64,000 nt of DNA from Nitrososphaerota archaeon (GTDB lineage Archaea; Thermoproteota; EX4484-205; JAAOZP01), in NCBI GenBank assembly GCA_011605725.1, contig JAAOZP010000004.1, positions 32,001 to 96,000 of the forward strand, written 5' to 3'. Under the pieces are notes generated by a model. It was not told the DNA's origin. It did no database searches and worked only from the letters and a program-made list of their open reading frames with translations. The position numbers and the translations under genes are program-made. Below are positions 19,665-30,035 of this stretch, piece by piece (positions within the stretch are counted from its first letter, which is position 1; each line of letters starts with the position of its first letter).

Positions 19665-20996
19665 CTATTTTGCCATCTTAAGATTTGCTCTTTTTATCTT
19701 CTTATGAAAGAATGGTATTAGAATAAAGCATAACGTTGCAAAAGCAATATGTCCACGAGCCAATATCGTAGTGGTCTCTTCTAAGTGGTATACTATGAGG
19801 GATATGAGATAACTATAGGTGCTACTCAACAGACAGTACCCTGTTACTAGAAGGAATGCAAAATCCTTCAGGCTCTTAAGATTAAAAACATCCCTATTCA
19901 AGTATGCGTAATAGCCTAGTATAATTGATTGGCCAATTATCCAGAATGAAGCGCCTACAGGAGAGTATTCTGATGAGAAGAAAGCTGGCATGTTGAAGAA
20001 CAGATTTAAAGGTATGGGGAGGAAGTACCAGAAGAACCTAAACCGCAGTTTCTTAAGCCATATTTCAAGCGCGGTTCCTGAAAAAATGAAAACCAGTAGA
20101 TTGCCGAGGAGATGATCGTAACTATTGTGAAAGAGGAATGAGGAAAAAGCTTCAACCCATCTTGAGATGCTGTTCCAATAGTTGAGCATGATGAAATCCA
20201 TGCCTGTACCTATGAACACGTAAATTGCTAACATTATAATGCTCATGGCTAGTGTACACCAGGGAGTATTCTTACTTACGATGTGCATGACGCGTAGGGT
20301 CTTCGAATTAAGCGAATTATTGCTATTTTTCAATGTGAAGCGGAAAAACAGATTAATTGTTATCAAAGCCACGGAGATTGAGCAGAAAGCTAGAAATACT
20401 ATAGCGGTGGTTAAAAACCAGCTTTTATGATGAGGAAAAGGCAACTCGTCTACTACAGAGCCTTTAACGTTTCCAGTATAGGAGTTGCTCGCGAAAACCA
20501 TTTCCATGCCTAAACGGTTTCTGACGAAGGCTGCAAAGTAGATGGTGACCATAGTAATGTTTGGCGAGGCTCTTTGAATATTGAGATGAGGGTAAGAATA
20601 GAAAAATATGGTGGATGCGTCAAATGCTAGTTTTGTCATGTTCCTGAAGAATGAGAAGGTTACCAGTATCGGCTCTTTAGAATCTATCTTGTAAAAGTCT
20701 ACGGATAGCGATGAATAATCATCATAACCAGGCAAGCCTCTGGCGATAGCATCGTATTTATCGTTACTTATGCTCTCTACATCCGAAAGCGTGAAATTCC
20801 CTATGTACGTGTTAAAAGAGAAATCACTAACTGTCCCATTTGTCCAAATCATTAGGCTGAACTGAGCACGGCTCGGCGTTAAATCATGAAACAAGAAATA
20901 ATATCCTACTGAAAATACGATAAACACTACTAATATGAAAATGATTACCATGCATACCGTAAGTTTCCTATCTTTTGCTAGTTCAGTGAGTTCCAT
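19665..20996 (-). CDS. Membrane protein with C-terminal rhomboid-family protease domain
   Basis: FLFHNSYDHLLGN, PVGAS, ARGHIAF and multiple TM helices. Confidence 0.7.
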   Translation of the reverse strand: MELTELAKDRKLTVCMVIIFILVVFIVFSVGYYFLFHDLTPSRAQFSLMIWTNGTVSDFSFNTYIGNFTLSDVESISNDKYDAIARGLPGYDDYSSLSVDFYKIDSKEPILVTFSFFRNMTKLAFDASTIFFYSYPHLNIQRASPNITMVTIYFAAFVRNRLGMEMVFASNSYTGNVKGSVVDELPFPHHKSWFLTTAIVFLAFCSISVALITINLFFRFTLKNSNNSLNSKTLRVMHIVSKNTPWCTLAMSIIMLAIYVFIGTGMDFIMLNYWNSISRWVEAFSSFLFHNSYDHLLGNLLVFIFSGTALEIWLKKLRFRFFWYFLPIPLNLFFNMPAFFSSEYSPVGASFWIIGQSIILGYYAYLNRDVFNLKSLKDFAFLLVTGYCLLSSTYSYLISLIVYHLEETTTILARGHIAFATLCFILIPFFHKKIKRANLKMAK

Positions 20997-21305
20997 TTAC
21001 TCATCCTCCTCTTTACTTGGCAAAATATATTTTTTCAACTCTGAATAGATAAGTGTACTTATAACAATTAACGTTATAATTGTTAATCCAGCATGTTTAC
21101 GACCCTCCATATCTAAGGAGGGTACAACTAAAAACATATACGACAGCACGCCGAGAAGAAGACAGTATAGCGCTGCATCAAGTATCAGGAAAGCTTTTCT
21201 TCGACCGTAAATAGCAACCCTTCTCCTAATCTCCTCAATCCATTGTCTCCAAGTTCTTGCTAAATATTCTGCCATGCAGTCCCAAAGTTTTCCAATCATT
21301 CTCAT
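20997..21305 (-). CDS. Small two-TM membrane protein
   Basis: Two hydrophobic segments; abuts the rhomboid gene start. Confidence 0.55.
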   Translation of the reverse strand: MRMIGKLWDCMAEYLARTWRQWIEEIRRRVAIYGRRKAFLILDAALYCLLLGVLSYMFLVVPSLDMEGRKHAGLTIITLIVISTLIYSELKKYILPSKEEDE

Positions 21306-21366
21306 GCATTCAGATCAGCAAATTGCTTAAATAAATGTCATGCAAACAGTTGAATGAAGAAAAGTA

Positions 21367-22035
21367 ATGAGGTCATGGATGGGGAAGACGCTGGTGGAAA
21401 TTAGTAACGTAGAGTTTGACAGGAGCCGTTTTCGAAGATATTACGGTAATATAGGCGAGATGGTAGCTGAGGAATTTCTCGTAAGAAGAGGGTTTAGCGT
21501 GTGGCTATTTACACCGTATTCTTCATACGAGTCTCCCCTCCGGAAAAGGGGAGATTTAGGCAGAGGTGGATTACTCCATTACCTTAGCTATCTTTACTTA
21601 AAGCCGCCGGATAGAAACGATCTCGGAAGCAAATACATTGTGAAATATGGAGGGGCATCCTATGTTTTGTCGCGGGGAGTCGAAGATTATCATCATAGGC
21701 TTAAAGAGCTGAAGAACTTCTTTGGTGAAAAACTAGAGGCTTTTAGTAAATACGTGGAGGAATTAGGCATAGTCAGGAAAACGAGTGATGCTGAACCGGT
21801 TGAAATATTGCCAGAACAGGAGGAAACTAAGTATTACCCTGATTTGGTTGCGAAGAAGAGTGGTGAAATATATGTTGTTGAGGTTAAGACCAACACTGGG
21901 CTTGGATATTTAAAAGGAGCTAAACTTAAAGGACTACTGTTAGCCGAAAAGTATGGGTTCATCCCCACGGTAATTTCATTGAACATTGACGTAGAGGCAA
22001 CTAATTTAAAAATGATATCACTTGCAAGGTTCTGA
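21367..22035 (+). CDS. PD-(D/E)XK nuclease-family protein
   Basis: GNIGEMVAEEFL...YYPDLVAKK...VVEVKT. Confidence 0.75.
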   Translation: MRSWMGKTLVEISNVEFDRSRFRRYYGNIGEMVAEEFLVRRGFSVWLFTPYSSYESPLRKRGDLGRGGLLHYLSYLYLKPPDRNDLGSKYIVKYGGASYVLSRGVEDYHHRLKELKNFFGEKLEAFSKYVEELGIVRKTSDAEPVEILPEQEETKYYPDLVAKKSGEIYVVEVKTNTGLGYLKGAKLKGLLLAEKYGFIPTVISLNIDVEATNLKMISLARF

Positions 22036-22056
22036 TGCTTTCTTTATTAATCATCC

Positions 22057-22310
22057 TAGCGGGCGCTAGCGTGCGTCGCGCGCTAATTCATTGGTTGAAA
22101 TTATTCGGAATACTGGTTTTCGTGGTTGCATCCGCCAGAAGATGAAGAATATATCCGAGTAGTCATGTAGACAACACCAGTAGGACAAGAGCGAAAAGAG
22201 ATGCGATGAAAAGTATTAAAAAGGTTAGCGCGCGCTTTTAGCTTCAAAACTATGGGAACGATAATACAGATTGCTATTGCCCCAGTGACAAAATAGAGCC
22301 AGTGTGCGCT
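22057..22310. repeat. Cluster of junction palindromes (22057-22085, 22227-22236, 22301-22310)
   Basis: TAGCGGGCGCTAGCGTGCGTCGCGCGCTA; AGCGCGCGCT; AGTGTGCGCT. Confidence 0.75.
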
Positions 22311-22485
22311 TAACTTGGCTTTTAGTTGAATAACCTTGCTTTCAATTGGGGATTTAGAAAGCTATTCTCCTTTATTCCTTCTGGTTCTTTAGGAATTTCC
22401 AATGGTACAAGTTCTCCGATGAACTTCTGTTTTTAAGCTTTTGGCGAAGAAAAATTTTTAAGCTTAGATTTAGAAAACAAGCTGG

Positions 22486-23617
22486 ATGTCAAGCTACGAA
22501 CAAATTGAAGGATTTGAGTATTGGAATAAAGGAGCTTGGGAAAAATTCGTTAAAGATCACATTCTTCCTCTTCATATTTCGTCGAGCAAGCTTTTAAAGC
22601 TAAGAGAAGAAATTCTTTCAAGAACAGAGGGGAGAAAAACTGTCAGACTTAGACGACAACTTACTAAAATTTTTACTTGGAGGCATTAACGAAGAAGGAG
22701 ACTATGAAAAGAATAGCTTAGCCTTGTTCATTAAAAATGCCTTTGGAATTTATGTGGATTCAAAACAATATGTTGCTCTAGCAAAAGAAGGAATCAATCC
22801 TCTTGCATACGCTAAAGTTGAAGTTGACGCAGAAACAGAGTTCATTAAGTTTCTAAGAAATCTAAGTTCATTATCTTCAGGAATAGTTAGCAAAGTTGGA
22901 TTAGAAACTACTGAAGTAAAAGAAGTTGAGGAATTAATTAGAGAACCTGAGAAGATACTTGAAGTTTTAAGGGAACTTTATGAAAAAGTTTTACTGGTAA
23001 CTGCAAACTACAACTACTATACCTTCTTTACGGTAAGTACTAGGAACTTACCTTTCTTCTATCTTACGAAGGCATATCCAAAGCTTATAGAGAGTTTTGA
23101 TGAACTAAGAGAATTTTTAGGTCTTGGAGTAATCTTTGAGCCGGAAACTGAAGTACAGGATATAAAAGAAAAATGTACTATTTGGGGTCATGTGGAGGGA
23201 GGACTATGCAACTTAATATTTAACTTAAACAATTTAATCTGGGAAAGTATTAATCCAAGCTCTAATCTTTCACCAATATTTGGCTTTATTTCTCCCTCGT
23301 TTAAAGACTTAAAGAAAGAATACTTAAATAAAGCGGAAGAAAAGCTAAAACTTATAGGATGGAAGTTGCAACGACGTGACGCATTTAAAATTCTTCTCTG
23401 CGCGTTTAGCATCTCGTCAGGAATAGTTACTAAAAATTGGATTGTTAGATACCACACCCCTGACTACGGAACATATTATGATGATTCTGAAATCGCTAAA
23501 CAATATGAAGATAAAAGCTTGTTTAACGTTCTTAGCGATTTTTCACCTGCTTTATTCCTTGGATACCTTTATGTTGATATAGTCAGAAGTGATTATCTAA
23601 GTTTTCAAAGGGTGTAA
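22486..23617 (+). pseudogene. Hypothetical protein, frameshifted near 22630-22640
   Basis: A frame shift in GGGG/AAAAA continues as EKLSDLDDNLLKFLLGGINEEGDYEKNSLALF into the 297-aa ORF. Confidence 0.7.
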
Positions 23618-23622
23618 TAAGC

Positions 23623-25401
23623 TTGCAGAAAGAAGAAGAGAAGAAAGAAGGTCTTGAAGAAGAGGAAAGGAAAAGAAGAGAGAAAGAAAAACAAAAAACT
23701 ACTAGTGTTCGTGAAGAAAGGATAGAAAAGAAAGAAGTTTCTAGAGAAGAAGGAAAAGAGGCTGAAGCTCAAGAAGTTTTAATAATTCCAATATTAAAAT
23801 TAGAGAAACCCTCTTTTGAAACCTATAAGTTAAAGTTAAACATTAAAGTTCCAGAAATAAAGAGAGAAGAAATGGTTGTGAATATACCATTCGTTAAACC
23901 TCAAGAAAAACCTTCAGTTGTAGTTGAGCAAAAATTTAACGACAGGATAGTAATTATAGAGCGAGAAGAAATTTTATCTACTATTCCAATTCTTAGGCTG
24001 GAGACTTTAGCTAAAGCTCAAGTTATTCAGAAATTCGATGAAGAAGTAAGAAAAATAAAAGAAGAACGAATAGAACCTTTAATACCATTCTACAACGTAG
24101 AACGATTTTCTTTACCAAGATACTTAGAAAGCCTTAATTCAAATGTTTTGACCGCTGATGAAATTACGAAGCTAAAAGTAAAAAGTGTAGAAGAGTTAAA
24201 GGAGAAAGTAGGAACTGGAGAAGCTGGGGTACCTCCTGCTGGTGAAGAAGAAATTCCTGATTTCCTTAAGTTTTCGTTTGGTAGTGAAGGAGGAAAGATT
24301 AGAAGAAAAGGCCCAAAGATAATATTGTTTAAAGATGTTAAGAAAGATAGTTATATTAATTTCTTAGAAAACGTATGCTTAAGGGTTTACAGAGAAATTG
24401 AGGGAGGAGAACCAGAAGCCGTAAAAATTGAAAAGATAGATCATTTAAACAAAGAAGAGATTGAAAGACGGTTAGAAGCCGGTGGAAAAATCTTTACGAT
24501 AAATTTAGATGAAATAAAGGAAGCAGACAGAGAAGAATTCGATAAGATGATGAAAAGATTTGATGTAACTCATTTAATGGAAAGATTGGAGGAAACATAC
24601 TCTAGTGGACTAGGATACATAATATTTACTACAAGAAGTGAAGAGAAATTTAAGAAGATGAAAGAAGATTTACTTAATATCAACCTAATGTCTCAAGGAA
24701 GGTTAAACATGATTTTTATGGAAGCAAGAAGCTTACCTTTAGATTTGATAAGGCTATCCTCTGGAATGGTTGACTTATTTAAACCGCCAGGAAAAGTGAT
24801 AATAGACGAAGTAATACCAACTTTCTCAACTTTCGATTATATTTTTAACGATGCTCTCTTTAAGGAAGATAGTCGGTTTAACAAAGTTCTTGAAGAAATA
24901 AAGAATGAAGAAAATGGATTATTCAAGCTTGCCACTGCTAGAAACAAAGGTCAAGAAGAATCGGATCTTCACTACAACATTAAAGTTTTCATAGTTAGAT
25001 ATCTAGTAAATAGGTTAAGAAAAGAAGGAAAACAGTTAAGAACCCTTGAAGAAATAATAAAACATATAAAGACAGAGGAAAAAAGTGAAGGAAAGGAAAC
25101 ACCTGATGTTCAGGTAGACAATGAAGTCTATGAAGTTGAGACCTTGTTTGGAGAAGGTGTAGATGCTGACAAGAAAATTGATGAAACAATTAAGAAACAT
25201 GGTAGTAAAAAGGTAAACATAGTTATGGATAATTTTGGATTTCTATTACACTTAAAGGACTTAGAAAAAAGAAAGAGACATTACAAGAATGTAGAATTTT
25301 ACACGTTGGACTTAAAGAATAAAGAATTAGTAAGCATTGAAGAATTCAAGAAAGAGTTAAGGAAAATACTTTTATCTGCAAACAACAAAGCTGATTTTTG
25401 A
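23623..25401 (+). CDS. Hypothetical protein with charged N-terminus and C-terminal PD-(D/E)XK-like domain
   Basis: ESDLHYNIK...ETPDVQVDNEVYEVETLFG. Confidence 0.6.
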   Translation: MQKEEEKKEGLEEEERKRREKEKQKTTSVREERIEKKEVSREEGKEAEAQEVLIIPILKLEKPSFETYKLKLNIKVPEIKREEMVVNIPFVKPQEKPSVVVEQKFNDRIVIIEREEILSTIPILRLETLAKAQVIQKFDEEVRKIKEERIEPLIPFYNVERFSLPRYLESLNSNVLTADEITKLKVKSVEELKEKVGTGEAGVPPAGEEEIPDFLKFSFGSEGGKIRRKGPKIILFKDVKKDSYINFLENVCLRVYREIEGGEPEAVKIEKIDHLNKEEIERRLEAGGKIFTINLDEIKEADREEFDKMMKRFDVTHLMERLEETYSSGLGYIIFTTRSEEKFKKMKEDLLNINLMSQGRLNMIFMEARSLPLDLIRLSSGMVDLFKPPGKVIIDEVIPTFSTFDYIFNDALFKEDSRFNKVLEEIKNEENGLFKLATARNKGQEESDLHYNIKVFIVRYLVNRLRKEGKQLRTLEEIIKHIKTEEKSEGKETPDVQVDNEVYEVETLFGEGVDADKKIDETIKKHGSKKVNIVMDNFGFLLHLKDLEKRKRHYKNVEFYTLDLKNKELVSIEEFKKELRKILLSANNKADF

Positions 25402-25554
25402 ATTAATATGAAATTAAAGTCGATGGTTTTCCTTTCTCGCTGTAAATTCGGAAGTTCTTCCCTTACAATACTTTTATTAGAACTCTCTTTGTTTGAATAA
25501 GGAAGGGTACTGACTTTCCTCCCTTCCCATTGTCATTCCCTGCAACACTGAAAA

Positions 25555-25564
25555 AGCGCGCGCT
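25555..25564. repeat. Palindrome AGCGCGCGCT
   Basis: Intergenic, before the NERD gene. Confidence 0.85.
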
Positions 25565-25629
25565 ATTATAGGTATCCTCTATTTGACCCAGTTTCACCTT
25601 TCTTACTCTCATATTATTTACCTTTCCAT

Positions 25630-26325
25630 GTGGCCTTTTATCATTTAATAATGGTGAGTCAAAGCAAGATTGAAGAAAGATTTTTTCATGCGTTAGATGT
25701 ATCTTTTATGCTTGCAGGGAATAAAAGTATATCCCAGAAAGAATTCCTAAATCATGGATTAAAACCTGATGAGTTTCAGAGAATGTTTTGGGAATGCAAA
25801 ATAGGAGGAGGAGAGGGGGAGGAGAACGTTGCAGAGGTTCTCAACTCCCTGAGGAGTTTTGAAACTGTTAACGATGTTGTCCTCCCGGGTGAGAAGGCTA
25901 ATATTGACCATGTTGCGGTTTCTACAAAGGGGGTTTTCGTCATCGAGACTAAGAATCATAAGGGCTTGGTCAGGTGCAGGGGAGACTCCTGGGAGCTTTT
26001 GAAAACAGGCAGGAGGGGAACCGTCTACTCCGGCAACATCGGAAACCCCAGTAAGCAGGTTAAGAGGAATGCTGTTGCATTGAGAAAATTCCTATCTGAG
26101 AAGCTTGGAGTAGTCGCCTATGTGCACGGTATCGTCTGCTTCACTAACCCTGAAGCTAGGCTGGAAGTACAGGAGCCAACGGTCACCGTGATCCACATCA
26201 CAAACCTGAAAAGCTTCTTCCAGACACTTGAAGAACAGGAAGCGTTATCCGAGCAGGAAGTTAGAAGGATCAAGGCGGAGGTTGAAAAATACTCTTACAA
26301 CAGACCTAGGGAAAAACATGTTTAA
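25630..26325 (+). CDS. NERD nuclease-related domain protein
   Basis: GGEGEENV, NDVVLP, NIDHVAVSTKGVFVIETKNHKG, NPSKQVKRNA. Confidence 0.85.
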   Translation: MAFYHLIMVSQSKIEERFFHALDVSFMLAGNKSISQKEFLNHGLKPDEFQRMFWECKIGGGEGEENVAEVLNSLRSFETVNDVVLPGEKANIDHVAVSTKGVFVIETKNHKGLVRCRGDSWELLKTGRRGTVYSGNIGNPSKQVKRNAVALRKFLSEKLGVVAYVHGIVCFTNPEARLEVQEPTVTVIHITNLKSFFQTLEEQEALSEQEVRRIKAEVEKYSYNRPREKHV

Positions 26326-26482
26326 AAATAGCTTTGCATAATATTATTTAATGTTTCCTTAAAACCAGCTAGCTCGCGCTACGTAAAACCCCTGAAGAGT
26401 TAAGTTTGCATGTTCCTTCTTCATGTAAGCTTATATAAGATTAAGAGCGCGCGCGGAAACGTATCCTCATGCTGCTGAACTC

Positions 26483-26851
26483 ATGGAGAAAGTAGATGCG
26501 AAGGTCAAAAGGATTAAGGGCCTTGATGAAGAGGAATACTACTTTTGCTGGCCAGTTAACGTGATTGGCCTAAAAGACGTTATGGCTGAAGTTGAAAAGT
26601 TGTTGAATGAAGAAATGTTTTCGAAAAATGACCCAGAGGATAGGGAAATGGTTTTTGAATGGCTAGAGAAATTTAGTGATAGTTTTTTCAAGGAAAGAGC
26701 AAGGACTAAGAGCTTGACAAGCGATGAAGTAGATGAGTGGATTGAACGCTGGAACAAACACATGGAGCGATGGGGCAAATTCTTCAAGGGGGCTTATGAT
26801 ATTCACCGAAAGTATAATGCTGAGATGTGGTTTCTGGTAGTATCCGCATAA
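26483..26851 (+). CDS. Hypothetical protein (possible immunity-like)
   Basis: Acidic helical ORF; its C-terminus is similar to that of 27437-27652. Confidence 0.5.
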   Translation: MEKVDAKVKRIKGLDEEEYYFCWPVNVIGLKDVMAEVEKLLNEEMFSKNDPEDREMVFEWLEKFSDSFFKERARTKSLTSDEVDEWIERWNKHMERWGKFFKGAYDIHRKYNAEMWFLVVSA

Positions 26852-27017
26852 CCGCGATTCTTAATAACCTAGGCATCAAAGGTTTATACCGTGCTCTTAA
26901 CGAGTTTCTGAACACTGGTAAGTTGAAGATGCCCGATGGAACAATACTGTTGGACATAAGCCCGGATGAGGCGAGGAAAGTGGTTAAGCTACTCACGTGG
27001 GCCGGGGGTTACATACC

Positions 27018-27431
27018 GTGACCGAGGAATATATTTATATAGTTGTTCCTGATGACGCTCCGCCAGAAGCCCGGAAGGAACTAAAAGACTTGCAGTCCCA
27101 GACACTTAACGATGAGGAAAAAGGCATTACCCTCATAATCGGAATACCTTTCATGCTTCATAAGGGTTTGAAGTATATTCCGACGATACTCGCCTGGGCC
27201 TTTGAGAAGGGGGGTTCCTATGGGGATGATTATCTGGATCCCGAGGGGAAAGTTTCCAGGTGGCATTCGAGACTCATGAAGGAAGTGTACGACGAGCTTT
27301 CAAGGAAGGTCGACGTGAAGATAGAGGAGCATGCCGAGGGCAGGTTGGGGGCAGTCTGGCCCTGCGAAGTACTAGACTTAAAAGAGGTTCAGGAGGAGGC
27401 GGTGCTGCTCGCGAAATCGACAAAATCCTAG
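27018..27431 (+). CDS. Hypothetical protein
   Basis: GTG start overlapping the TGA of a short upstream ORF; acidic. Confidence 0.5.
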   Translation: MTEEYIYIVVPDDAPPEARKELKDLQSQTLNDEEKGITLIIGIPFMLHKGLKYIPTILAWAFEKGGSYGDDYLDPEGKVSRWHSRLMKEVYDELSRKVDVKIEEHAEGRLGAVWPCEVLDLKEVQEEAVLLAKSTKS

Positions 27432-27436
27432 TGAAG

Positions 27437-27652
27437 ATGGATAATAAGAGAGATTACCGGATGCTGCTTAGGCGAGCCGCCGCTCACACGAGCAGTTCGT
27501 GGGAAGAACTACCATTCGAAGAGAGGATAAGGAGGCACATGGAAATTGAGAACAGGTACTTCAGGGCATGGGGTAACTTCTTCCTGAAAGCGCTTGAGCT
27601 CCGTAGGAAATACCCGAACGCGAGATTCTGGTTCAAAACCGAAACGATTTAG
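27437..27652 (+). CDS. Hypothetical protein or fragment, paralogous to the C-terminus of 26483-26851
   Basis: WGNFFLKALELRRKYPNARFWF vs WGKFFKGAYDIHRKYNAEMWF. Confidence 0.45.
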   Translation: MDNKRDYRMLLRRAAAHTSSSWEELPFEERIRRHMEIENRYFRAWGNFFLKALELRRKYPNARFWFKTETI

Positions 27653-27674
27653 CATAAAATATCACTAATCCGGG

Positions 27675-27818
27675 TTTGTGAGAGCAGGCATTAAGCGGCG
27701 CTGCAGTCTTCACTCGTAAGCTTGTTGCAAGCGTCGAACAGAGGATTATGCTTGAGAAAGCCCTTGGCCAGGTTAAAACCGATCCCGACTGGGACCTGCC
27801 TACCCTGACGAAGAGTAG
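27675..27818 (+). pseudogene. ppsA 3'-end relic (copy 2)
   Basis: Encodes [37 protein letters not shown] with an internal deletion and a 1-nt deletion. Confidence 0.92.
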
Positions 27819-27939
27819 GGTTTTTAAAATATTAGATTTGCCAGCTTCCTCTAGCTTTTTTAACTCTTCCTTTTTCCCTTTGATTAAATAGTCTAAAGGC
27901 TTAATAATATCTTCAACCCCTTTCTAGGGTTGGAATACA

Positions 27940-28182
27940 ATGAATCTTAAGAAGACTCATCACCTCGACAGGATTACTATTGACCCGGATGTTATGGGTG
28001 GCCAGCCATGTATTAGAGGCCTGAGGATTCCAGTATCCCTCATAATCAAGCTGATAGCTTCAGGCAAGAGCGTTAAAGAAATACTGGATGACTACCCTGA
28101 GCTTGAGGAGGAGGATGTTAGACAGGCTTTAGAGTACGCTGCCTGGGCGACCACGGAAGCATCCATACCGATAATCCCATGA
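27940..28182 (+). CDS. DUF433 antitoxin
   Basis: RITIDPDVMGGQPCIRGLRIPV...YPELEEEDV. Confidence 0.9.
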   Translation: MNLKKTHHLDRITIDPDVMGGQPCIRGLRIPVSLIIKLIASGKSVKEILDDYPELEEEDVRQALEYAAWATTEASIPIIP

Positions 28183-28444
28183 GATTCCTAGCCAACATGT
28201 GCATATCGCCAAAGACGGTTGAGTTTCTGAGAAGCTTAGGATATGAAGTAGATAGGGCTAGTGTGCTTGGGCTCTCAAGGTCAAAGGATCGGGAAATAAT
28301 CGACTACGCGGCTGTGAACTCAATGGTTTTAATAACCATGGATCTGGATGTCGGTCGGATAATTGCCCTTCTTGGGAGAAGAAAACCGTCAGTAATATTG
28401 CTGCGCCTTAGGAAGCCGACTGTCGAGAACATAGCGCACACTAT
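28179..28444 (+). pseudogene. DUF5615 PIN-like toxin truncated at a palindrome
   Basis: MRFLANMCISP...KDREI...LITMDLD...VILLRL; similarity ends at ATAGCGCACACTAT (28431-28444). Confidence 0.75.
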
Positions 28445-28535
28445 AGAGTTCCACATACTCTATGCTTTTAAGCACCCATGCCGGCAATCTAAAATCTTAT
28501 ATAACAGGTTAGGTAAACATACTCGAGTAGCAAGC

Positions 28536-29093
28536 ATGATGAATAAGGCTCAGCCTAGGGATAGTGGACTGTTGTACGAGTTCACGGCTAACCTTGTTAA
28601 TATCTTTAAGATCCGAGGAACCATTTTAGGAAAATTGGATCTGCAGAAAACCGTGTATTTTATGAAGAGGCTAGGGGTAAAAATTCCTTTCGAGTTCAGA
28701 TGGAATCTTCTAGGCCCATATAGTTACGAGCTTGCGCATTATTGCACCCTCCTAGAGATCAAGGGCTTGCTGTCTTACTCAGGAACCTTCAGGCTGAATG
28801 AGGAGAAGGCTGAGGAATACAGGCTGGACTTACCGAAGGATGTTGCTGAGAAGATTAAACGCTTTTTTGAAGATATGGATGGATTATGTGAAGAAAAGGG
28901 TTATGACAGAGTTGTTTTCATTGAGTGTGCTGCCTCCCTAGACTTCATTAATCAAAACATTACTGCAGAGGGGTCTAGGAAAGATGCTGTTTTCTCCCTT
29001 CTTGAGAAACTGAAGCCTGAAAAGGCAGAGAAGTTCAGGGAAATGAGGGAGGATGCTTGGATGCTCCTCATACGCGAGAAACTGGTTGACTAG
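28536..29093 (+). CDS. YwgA/SocA(Panacea)-like wHTH protein
   Basis: GKLDLQKTVYF...FRWNLLGPYSYEL; in frame with the upstream PIN remnant, apparently by chance. Confidence 0.65.
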   Translation: MMNKAQPRDSGLLYEFTANLVNIFKIRGTILGKLDLQKTVYFMKRLGVKIPFEFRWNLLGPYSYELAHYCTLLEIKGLLSYSGTFRLNEEKAEEYRLDLPKDVAEKIKRFFEDMDGLCEEKGYDRVVFIECAASLDFINQNITAEGSRKDAVFSLLEKLKPEKAEKFREMREDAWMLLIREKLVD

Positions 29094-29118
29094 TAGCCTA
29101 TGATCCTGAGCCTTCATC

Positions 29119-29407
29119 ATGAGTAGAAGGACGTACAAGTATTTTCGCGACCCTATACATGGGTTCATAGAGGTTGATGAGCGTTTTCTAAAAATCATTG
29201 ATTCACCGTTTTTTCAACGTCTACGGAGAATAAAGCAGACCTGGTTTTCCATGGTGCTGAGCATTCTAGGTTCAGCCATTCCCTGGGTACATATCACTTG
29301 GCCGGCATCATAACTGAAAAAATTGATCCAGAAGGGTCAAGAAAAGGGTTGTATTATGAGTTTTATCTTGCGGCGCTGCTTCACGACATTAGCCATAGCG
29401 CATGTTA
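29119..29407 (+). pseudogene. HD-domain dNTP triphosphohydrolase (YwfO/SAMHD1-like) 5' fragment
   Basis: FRDPIHGFI, FQRLRRIKQ, (shifted) HSRFSHSLG, AALLHDISH; truncated at TAGCGCATGTTA. Confidence 0.85.
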
Positions 29408-29507
29408 ACATTTTCATGGGCCCTAACGTGCTTAAACCTCCCATTTCAATCGAACTATTCTCGGTAATGCTTATATTCACCTTACTGTGTAATTATCGAC
29501 GGAGAGA

Positions 29508-29984
29508 ATGTCCAACAGCACTTTGGAGGAGGTCTTAAAGAGGTTAGGCTTATTCGCAGCAAGGTTGAGAGGCTGGAGGACCTTGTGGAGGAGAGGCTGA
29601 TCGGTTCCGATGAGCCGCTAGAGGACGAGGCTGAGGCGATGAGAGAATACTTGGAGGCGAAGGAGAAGGGAGACGTAGAATACATACCTCTGGAGAAGAT
29701 CGAGTAGGAGAGATAAGCTTATTGCAACGATACCGCGTTTTTCTTGAAAGAAGAGCCCTTAAAGAGCTTGAAAAGATTAAGGGAGAAATGCACGGCAGAA
29801 TTGTCGAAGCCCTGCATATTCTTCAAGACGAAGGATTTTCAAAAGACTCGACATTATAAAACTGCGAGGAAGCAAAAACCATTACCGGATAAGAGTAGGC
29901 AAGTACAGAATACTGTTTGAACTAGCTTCCAATAAAACGATAACCATATATGCTATACTGCCACGTGAAGCAGCATACCAATAA
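29508..29984 (+). pseudogene. Frameshifted RelB-like antitoxin and RelE toxin pair
   Basis: EDLVEERLIGSDEPLEDEAEAMREYLEAKEKGDVEYIPLEKIE*; KLRGSKNHYRIRVGKYRILFEL...ILPREAAYQ*. Confidence 0.75.
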
Positions 29985-30035
29985 ATCAAAAGAACAAGTA
30001 AATTGGATAGAAAACAGAAAGAGATGGTAATAAAA

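Noticed and set aside
28179-29093. 304-aa ORF as a genuine PIN-wHTH fusion
   Set aside because: The junction coincides with a decayed palindrome followed by noncoding-like sequence and a separate ATG at 28536.
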